Translations under genes and position numbers: made by a program | Part shown: in pieces, positions 27,882 to 35,054 of the stretch | How the letters are laid out: each line of letters starts with the position of its first letter | Numbering within the stretch: the first letter of the stretch is position 1 | Source: an uncultured Clostridia bacterium | GTDB taxonomy: Bacteria; Bacillota; Clostridia; TANB77; CAG-508 | Direction of reading: 5' to 3' | DNA length: 35,054 bases | Assembly (NCBI GenBank): GCA_944390335.1 | Contig: CALXQA010000003.1 | Span: 1-35,054 of the forward strand | Notes under the pieces: model-generated | Told to the model about the DNA's origin: nothing | Database searches by the model: none | What the model saw: only the letters and a program-made list of their open reading frames with translations

Positions 27882-29294
27882 TTATTCTATTATTCCTTTT
27901 AGTTCTAAATTATTATATATATCAGTTATTCTAACTTTTACTATTTTGTTTATAATTGTTTTATCATTACTTTTATTTTCATCTTCTATATTTACTAATA
28001 AATAATTATCTGTATGTCCTTTATACATATTTTTCTCTTTTTCTTCTATTAATACAAATACATCTTTTCCAATATACATTTTATTATATTCTAATTGATT
28101 TTTATTAGATAATTCTATAAGTTTATTACTTCTTATTTCTTTTATATTTCCATCTATTTGCATAGGCATTTTTTCCGCAATTGTCCCTTTTTTTGGCGAA
28201 TATTTGAATATATGCATTTTATATAGTTTTATTTTTTCTAAATATTTATATGTTTTCTCAAAATCTTCGTCTGTTTCTCCTGGAAACCCTACAATTATAT
28301 CAGTAGTTAATATTACATCTTTATATGTTTTTCTTAGTATATTAACAACATCTTCAAATTCTTCTATATTATACCTTCTATTCATATCTTTTAAAGTTTT
28401 GTTATTCCCACTTTGAAGTGACAAATGAAAATGATGGCATATTTTATTTACATTTTTTAGTCTTGATATAAATTGGTCATTTATTAATTTTGGTTCTATT
28501 GAGCCTAATCTTATTCTCTCTAATCCTTCTATTTTATTTATCTGTTCTAAAAGTTCGATTAGCCTAAATGATCCTGAATGTAAGTCATCTTTTGCATCAA
28601 ATTTTTTATATTCTTCTTCATATCCATATTTTTCTCTATATTCTTTTCCTTTTTCATCATTAAAATCTTTTCCATATGATGCTAAATGAATACCTGTTAC
28701 AACTATTTCTTTTATACCTTTTCCTACTAAATCTTTTATTTCTTTTAATATACTTTCAGGCTCTCTACTTCTTACTTTTCCTCTTGCATAAGGTATTATA
28801 CAATATGAACAAAATCTATCACAACCATCTTGTACTTTTACATCTGCTCTATTTAGTTTTGTAATTTCTGTATTTTTAAAATCTAAATAATCATTTTGGT
28901 GCATTACATCACTTACTATAGTTTCTTTTTTACCTATATATTTTTCTATTATATCTACAATATTTGTTTTTTCATTATTTCCTAGTATAATGTCTACTCC
29001 GTTAATTTTTTCTATATCATTTTTTGCAACTTGTGCATAACATCCACATGCAACAATAATAGCCTTTGGATTTAATTCCTTGGCTCTTCTTATATATTGT
29101 CTAGACTTTTTTTCTGCAATGTTTGTAACACTACATGTATTTATAACATAGATATCTGATACTTCTTTTGCTTCTTTACTATTTTTTTTATCATTATCTA
29201 TTACTTCATATCCTCTATCTATAAATAGTGCTTTCATTGCTTCTGTCTCATATGTATTTACTTTACAACCTAATGTGAAAAATTCTACTTTCAT
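27882..29294 (-). CDS. mtaB: tRNA t6A37 methylthiotransferase
   Basis: TLGCKVN, NTCSVT, GCYAQ, radical SAM CDRFCSYC, HLSLQSG, IIVGFPGET. Confidence 0.93.
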   Translation of the reverse strand: MKVEFFTLGCKVNTYETEAMKALFIDRGYEVIDNDKKNSKEAKEVSDIYVINTCSVTNIAEKKSRQYIRRAKELNPKAIIVACGCYAQVAKNDIEKINGVDIILGNNEKTNIVDIIEKYIGKKETIVSDVMHQNDYLDFKNTEITKLNRADVKVQDGCDRFCSYCIIPYARGKVRSREPESILKEIKDLVGKGIKEIVVTGIHLASYGKDFNDEKGKEYREKYGYEEEYKKFDAKDDLHSGSFRLIELLEQINKIEGLERIRLGSIEPKLINDQFISRLKNVNKICHHFHLSLQSGNNKTLKDMNRRYNIEEFEDVVNILRKTYKDVILTTDIIVGFPGETDEDFEKTYKYLEKIKLYKMHIFKYSPKKGTIAEKMPMQIDGNIKEIRSNKLIELSNKNQLEYNKMYIGKDVFVLIEEKEKNMYKGHTDNYLLVNIEDENKSNDKTIINKIVKVRITDIYNNLELKGIIE

Positions 29295-29504
29295 AATGTA
29301 TATATTATATCATCGTTATGTAAATTAAACAATAACTTTAAAAAAATAATTAAAAAAACTTTAGAAAAATATTAATAGATTTTAAAGAACTAATAAGAAA
29401 AATAAAATAAAGGATATAAGTTTTTGAATAGATTTTACTTATATACTTTATCTTATTTATAATCTTATTTATAACTAATTGCACATTATATAATTTACAA
29501 GTGG

Positions 29505-31454
29505 TTATCTACCACCGACCTCCGCCGCCGGCCTCCACCACCGGCCGCCTCCTCCGGAGAATCCTCCTCCTGCACCAGTACCTGATGAAAATGCTGATGA
29601 CATAGAATGACTTACTGAGTCAAAGCTTCTACTAAAGTCCATATGCATTAATAAATACATATTAGGATAAATTGTATAATCCATACTATCATAATTAGGG
29701 TATACAATTTTTAGCTGTTTTATAACTTTTTCTGATATTCCAAAAGCAGTTGCATATACTAAAAATTTTTCCCAAAGCACTAAATCTGGTAAACTTTTCT
29801 CATTTAAAAGTGAAAAATCTTCCATATATTTTTTAAAAGCTTTCCATTTGTCTTGTTCATCTAGTCCTAATTGTGTATATGCACTTATTCTACTATTTGC
29901 TATACTTCCTATAATTATAATAATTACTAGCATTATTCCTATAATAAGCAATATATACCAAGGGATCCCTATAGTTTTAAAATTAGCAGTAACCATATCT
30001 GATGCTACTAAAAATATTATACCAAAGAATACAATCATAAATAGTATTGTTATGCTAGTCGTTATACTAGTTTTCTTTTTCATTCCTTCTTTAGTTAATA
30101 TATTCATATTAATTAGATTACTCTTTACTGATATATCTATCTTGTTTTTTAAAGCTATTACTTTTTGGCTATGTGTTTCAATGTATCTTTTTAGTTCTGT
30201 CATTGTAATAGATGTATTATCATTTGTCTGGTTATTTTCATTCTGAAATAGCCCTAACACTTTATTTTGACATGCATCTATCAAGAAATTATATATACAT
30301 ATCTCATCATTTTTATTAGTAACCATATTTATGTTTTGAACTAATAATTGTATTTTACTATCTTCTTTTCCTTTTTCATCTAATATTCTTTCTATTTTCA
30401 ATGCCTTTTTTAATGATAAATTTAAAATAGTAGATGAAAAAATTCTCCCTAAATCATTTGTATCAAAATTTCCGTATTTATTTTCTTCTATAAACAACCC
30501 TTCAGCTGGAGTTGCGTCTTTTCTTGGTACATCTCTAAAATAGTCAAAATGCATACTTGCTACTTGTTTCTTTGCTTTTGCTAATATTCTTATATATTTT
30601 ATTAAAAAGTATAATAAAATTAATACTATAACTAAACATACAATGCCAACTATAATCATTTTAAAAATCCTAGATGTATTTGCTTCATTTGCCCAAGTTG
30701 TTTCTTCACTTATAATTTCCTCTAATCTATTTTTATTGTACTCTCTATCTGAATAGTATATAGCATCAGTAGGTATTGCTATTCTTATTTCTACCATTTT
30801 ATTTGCTTTATTATCTAATACTTCAAATTCTACTTTGTTATTAGATGTAGCATATATTGTACCATTTAAATCAGGTGTATGCCCCCAAACTTTTATATCC
30901 TCTTTATTCTCTATTCCATAAGGCAAATTAATTTCTCCTGTAATTTTATCAGCTGGAATTTCAAAATCAGAGCCTAAAAACTGCCAATAAAGTTCACTAA
31001 TATCATTATATTTAGCAACAGCTCCTTCTACATGGTAACTTATTTTATATACTTCCGTGCCAGATGAATTTTCATATCCAGTTCCCCATGCTGCTTCATA
31101 TTCACTTCCTCTATCTAAAAAGTAATAAGCACCTTCATCTACATGGTATGAATATCTGTTAGAATTATATAAACTCTCTTCAACACCATTTCTATTAATT
31201 TTGCTTACTTTTCCATTTGTAATTTTAGTAAATTTAGAATTATCTTTTTTAAAAGTCTTAAATAGTGTATTTGTTTCATTTATTCTTATATTCCAAGTTT
31301 CTACTACATCCATAGAACCATCTGTATTTATATTAACATTAAAATCTAAGCTATTTAATCTTAATGATGAGCTATCTGCTTTTGAATAAGTAAATACAGA
31401 AAATATTATAAATAAGCAAATAATTATTATTGAAATTTTCTTTAATCTATTCAT
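29505..31454 (-). CDS. DUF2207 membrane protein (paralog 1); three CGG +1 sites in the Gly tail
   Basis: Signal peptide, DGSMDVVETW, ELYWQF, WEKFLVYATAFG, GGGFSGGG tail. Confidence 0.85.
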   Translation of the reverse strand: MNRLKKISIIIICLFIIFSVFTYSKADSSSLRLNSLDFNVNINTDGSMDVVETWNIRINETNTLFKTFKKDNSKFTKITNGKVSKINRNGVEESLYNSNRYSYHVDEGAYYFLDRGSEYEAAWGTGYENSSGTEVYKISYHVEGAVAKYNDISELYWQFLGSDFEIPADKITGEINLPYGIENKEDIKVWGHTPDLNGTIYATSNNKVEFEVLDNKANKMVEIRIAIPTDAIYYSDREYNKNRLEEIISEETTWANEANTSRIFKMIIVGIVCLVIVLILLYFLIKYIRILAKAKKQVASMHFDYFRDVPRKDATPAEGLFIEENKYGNFDTNDLGRIFSSTILNLSLKKALKIERILDEKGKEDSKIQLLVQNINMVTNKNDEICIYNFLIDACQNKVLGLFQNENNQTNDNTSITMTELKRYIETHSQKVIALKNKIDISVKSNLINMNILTKEGMKKKTSITTSITILFMIVFFGIIFLVASDMVTANFKTIGIPWYILLIIGIMLVIIIIIGSIANSRISAYTQLGLDEQDKWKAFKKYMEDFSLLNEKSLPDLVLWEKFLVYATAFGISEKVIKQLKIVYPNYDSMDYTIYPNMYLLMHMDFSRSFDSVSHSMSSAFSSGTGAGGGFSGGGGRWWRPAAEVGGR

Positions 31455-31497
31455 TATTTCTCCTTAATTAATACAATTATATTATACTTGGAAGAAG

Positions 31498-33443
31498 TTA
31501 TCTTCCTCCACCTCTACCGCCGGCCTCCACCTCCGGCCACCGCCACTTGAGAATCCTCCTCCGCTTCCAGAGCCTGAAGAGTAAGAGCGAGACCTAGAAC
31601 TAGAGCCATAATTTCTATGTGTTTTAAGATTTCTTGAAAAATCAGTTCTTACAATAACATTTACATTATTATATGTAGAAAAATCCATATTACTATTAGG
31701 ATATACTGATTTTAAGCCTTGAAGTACTTTATCTGCAATTCCAAATGCTGTTGCATATACAAGATATTTTTCCCAAAGTATTAAATCTGGAATTGACTTT
31801 TCATGTAACAAAGAAAAATCTTCCATATATTTTTTAAATGCTTTCCATTTTTCTTTTTCATCAAGTCCTGCTTGATTAAATACATTAATACTCTTCTTAG
31901 CAAAATATCTTAAGAATAGTACTACTGCAAGCAATATAAATATAGTAATATAATAAAAAGGTGGAACAGCTATTTCTTCAAACATTTTACCTATGCCATA
32001 TATTGTTAATATTCCTATAAAAATAAGCATAAATATTGCCTGTTTATTATTAGCTATTTTTTTCTTTTTAATAATAGCATTTTCATCCAAATAATTCATA
32101 TACCTTAGCTTAGCACTTATTATATCATCCATTCTAGTTTTTAATGAAATTAATTCATCTTTATTCACTTCCATATACCTTTTTAAATCATTTATTGTTA
32201 TAGATGTATTATTATTTGTGGCCATATTAAAATCCATTGTATAGTTTTTGATTTTATTTTGACATGCCTTTTTTATATATTCAAACACTTCTATATCTTC
32301 TTCATATCCATTTACATTTTTTATATCTTGAACTAATATCTTTATTACTGTATCTTCTCTTCCATTTTGATAAATTATCTTTTCTAGTTTAATTGCATTT
32401 TTTAATGATAAATTTAATATAGATGCAGAAAATAGCTTTCCAAAATCTTTTCCATCTAAATTTTTATTTTGATTATCTAAAATGAATAATGCTTCACCTG
32501 GGGTAGAATTAATATTTGGCAATTCTCTATAATATTGTAAATACATAGATGGCTTTTTATTTTTATTTTTTATTATTATTTTTATATAGTTTAAAGTGTA
32601 AATTGCTAATACTGTAATAACTATTCCATATGCTATATTAACAATTGTACTAGCAACATTCATAGGTTTATTTGCTTCATCGGCCCATTTAGTTTCTTCT
32701 TTTATAATTTCATCTAATTTATTTTTATTATATGCCCTATTAGAGTATGTTATAACATTTGATGGTATTGCTATTCTTATTTCTATCATATTATTTTCTT
32801 TATTATCATTTACAGTAAACTTTACAGTATTATTAGATGTCGCATATATTGTGCCATTTAAATCTTCTGAATGTCCCCACACTCTTATATCTTCCTTACT
32901 GTTTATACCATTTGGCAAATGTATTACTCCAGTTATTTTTCTTGCTGGAATTTCAAATCCATTACCAATAAACTGCCAATATATTTCACTACAGTCTTTG
33001 TATTTTCCAACTGCTCCTTCTACATGATAACTTATTACATAAGTTTCATTACCAGCATTATTCTCTTTTCCAGTTCCCCAAGCTATTTCATATTCATTTC
33101 CTCTATCTAAAAAATAGTATGTTCCTTCATCTAAATGATATGAATATTTATTAGTATTTGTAAATATTTCTTCTTTTCCATTTTTATTAATTCTACTTAC
33201 TTTTCCATTTGTTATTTTTGTATATTTAGATGAATCTTTTTCAAATGCCTTAAATAATGTATTTGTATCTTCTACTCTAATATTCCATGTTTCTATAACA
33301 TCCATTGAACCGTCTGTATTTACAGTAACATCAAATTCTAGATTATTTAAATACAAATATGAATCTGCATTTGCATAATTATATATACTTATTGATAATA
33401 ATATGCAAATAGATAAAATACATGTTTTTAATATTTTATTCAT
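31498..33443 (-). CDS. DUF2207 membrane protein (paralog 2); two CGG +1 sites, recoded stop at 31500-31498 (literal ORF stops at 31482)
   Basis: Tandem paralog of 29505-31454; WEKYLVYATAFG; GGGFSSGGG tail. Confidence 0.85.
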
Positions 33444-33830
33444 TTGTTACTCACTTTCCCCCAAGTTTTATTTTACTTATTTATATCATTAATACATATT
33501 TCTTGCAATAGTTTTAAATATTATTTTTGTATTAGAAAAAAGGCACCACTTTACTGATACCTATATTTTTACCAATTTATATTAATTATATATTTATCGC
33601 CTACATTTTCTTATAAATAAGAAATAATATGCTTAATATTGTAAAATAATAGAATAAACTAAACAATCAACCAAGTATTACTTGATTTTTTTATCGGTTT
33701 TAAATGAAAATATTGTCTATTCCTCAAAATTATGCTATAATACTTAAATCAGATTTTTTATTTAATAACTTTTTATAAAAGCTTAAGAATTAATAAAAAA
33801 ATAAAAATGAGAAAGGAAAGAAAATATACA

Positions 33831-34542
33831 GTGGAATATAATGTATATATAGATGAAAGTCGGAGATGAGGGAATAAAAAGAGGTAGTAAATGGTTTATT
33901 CTCACAGCAATAATTGTTCCTAAAGATTATGATTTAATATTATCTAATAAAATTGTTAAAATTAAAGAAAACATGAATATGAATAGAAAAGATCAACTGC
34001 ATTGGAATAGAATATTAAAATATGAAAAGAAAATTCAAATCATTTATAATTTAATTTCTGAAAACTTTAAAATCATTCATGTAGCTATAAATACTTATCA
34101 AATAAATAAATTAAAATCTTCAGATTTATACCCCTATTTTATGAGCTATCTTATTGAAAGAGTTACATACTATGTAACTAATAATAAAGGAACTTGTAAT
34201 ATTTTTATAAGTACACGCAATGAAAATAATAAATCTAAAAATGCTTATTTAAAAAATGAATTAATGAATAAAAGAAAATATCATCATATATTGATAAAAT
34301 GTATAAAAAATATAAATTTTTTTGATAATAGAGATAGAAACTTATTACAATTAGCAGATGTTTGTTGTAGTTCTTTTGCACAAGCAATAAAATATAATGA
34401 TGAACAAGAATGGGAATATGTTATTAAACTAAAATCAAATATATGGATGTATAAAGGACTTATTGTTGGATATGGAATTAAATTTTATCCACCTATAGAT
34501 TGGTTTAAAATTTTTCCAAATATAATTCATTTGACTACATAA
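33831..34542 (+). CDS. DUF3800 domain protein (about 236 aa); N-terminus joined by a +1 shift at CGG 33861-33863
   Basis: GTG GAA TAT AAT GTA TAT ATA GAT GAA AGT C GGA GAT GAG = MEYNVYIDESGDE; C-terminal LLQLAD motif; alternative in-frame ATG at 33807. Confidence 0.8.
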
Positions 34543-34647
34543 AAAGAAAGAGTAATTCCCCCGATTACGTTATCCCATACGTCTAAGCGTATTGCCAATA
34601 GACAAGCTATCGACCCGTAATTAATTCGGCGAACGAATTACTCTTCA
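34541..34647 (-). ncRNA. Structured RNA adjacent to the DUF3800 gene (DUF3800-RNA-motif-like)
   Basis: Outer stem 34548-34558 / 34635-34645, inner stem 34564-34569 / 34616-34621, hairpins 34577-34592 and 34598-34610; own minus-strand promoter and T-rich 3' end. Confidence 0.65.
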
Positions 34648-34654
34648 TATATAT

Positions 34655-34682
34655 ATTATACATTTTTTTGAAAAAAATGCAA
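34655..34682 (-). promoter_or_regulatory. Sigma-A-like promoter firing into the structured RNA
   Basis: TTGCAT-16 nt-TATAAT; predicted start at about 34648, the first base region of the outer stem. Confidence 0.55.
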
Positions 34683-34986
34683 GTTTTTTTATTAAAAAGC
34701 TTAATTTATTTTTCATTGCTATTTATACAGATATTTTTTATTTCTACTTTTTTAATAAAATTTTTTCTTTATTTGACCATTGTTTAAGTCATTTAAAAGT
34801 TAAGGCTATATTTAATCTAAAACTACTGTTTTGATTAAATAGGAGAACTTTTGTATTTCTCTTTTCCTAACATTTTCATTTGTATTCTTTGTAATCTTCC
34901 TATTTTTTCTAAATATAAAAAATCAACGCATAGAAATTTATTTTAAATTGTTTTTTAGCAATCCATTTTTATTTATAATTTTAAAC

Positions 34987-35054
34987 AAAATTGCCCACCA
35001 ATAAGTGAGCAATTTTTCTGTTGGTGGGCAAATGGTGGGCGGTGGGCAACTTTT
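34987..35054. repeat. Cluster of GGTGGGC(A) direct and inverted repeats
   Basis: ttgcccaccaa 34991-35001 / ttggtgggcaa 35021-35031, plus copies at 35034 and 35041; reaches the window end. Confidence 0.6.

Noticed and set aside
29517-31535. Homopolymer sequencing error as the sole cause of the extra Cs
   Set aside because: It could explain the GGC-CGG sites but not GGT-CGG (29517), AGT-CGG (33861) or ATG-CGG (13198). No frameshifts were seen in the many long A/T runs in coding regions. Not fully excluded without reads.

Overview
Very AT-rich chromosomal window from a Clostridia-type Firmicute. The pilin-like leaders, short AlaRS and thinned operons suggest an uncultured, genome-reduced gut lineage such as TANB77; this is inference only. 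Contents: housekeeping genes (asnS, rsmD, divIVA, sepF, miaA, mutL, HIT, alaS, mtaB), two FIST-domain paralogs each preceding an aldehyde-metabolising enzyme, a GT4/DUF4912/GH57 alpha-glucan cluster, two unannotated Cys-rich micropeptides, tRNA-His and tRNA-Gln with an adjacent HEPN-MNT pair, a sortase, two DUF2207 paralogs, and a DUF3800 gene facing a structured ncRNA. Main discovery candidate: every in-frame CGG I could find in a credible gene (7 sites in 4 genes) marks a +1 frameshift. Reading CGGN as one unit (C + GGN = Gly) restores the DUF3800 YIDESG motif, both DUF2207 poly-Gly tails and the C-terminal domain of a surface protein. No intact gene uses CGG as Arg. This suggests lineage-wide recoding of CGG(N) as a +1 frameshift or quadruplet Gly codon. 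All analysis was manual; no database searches were run.
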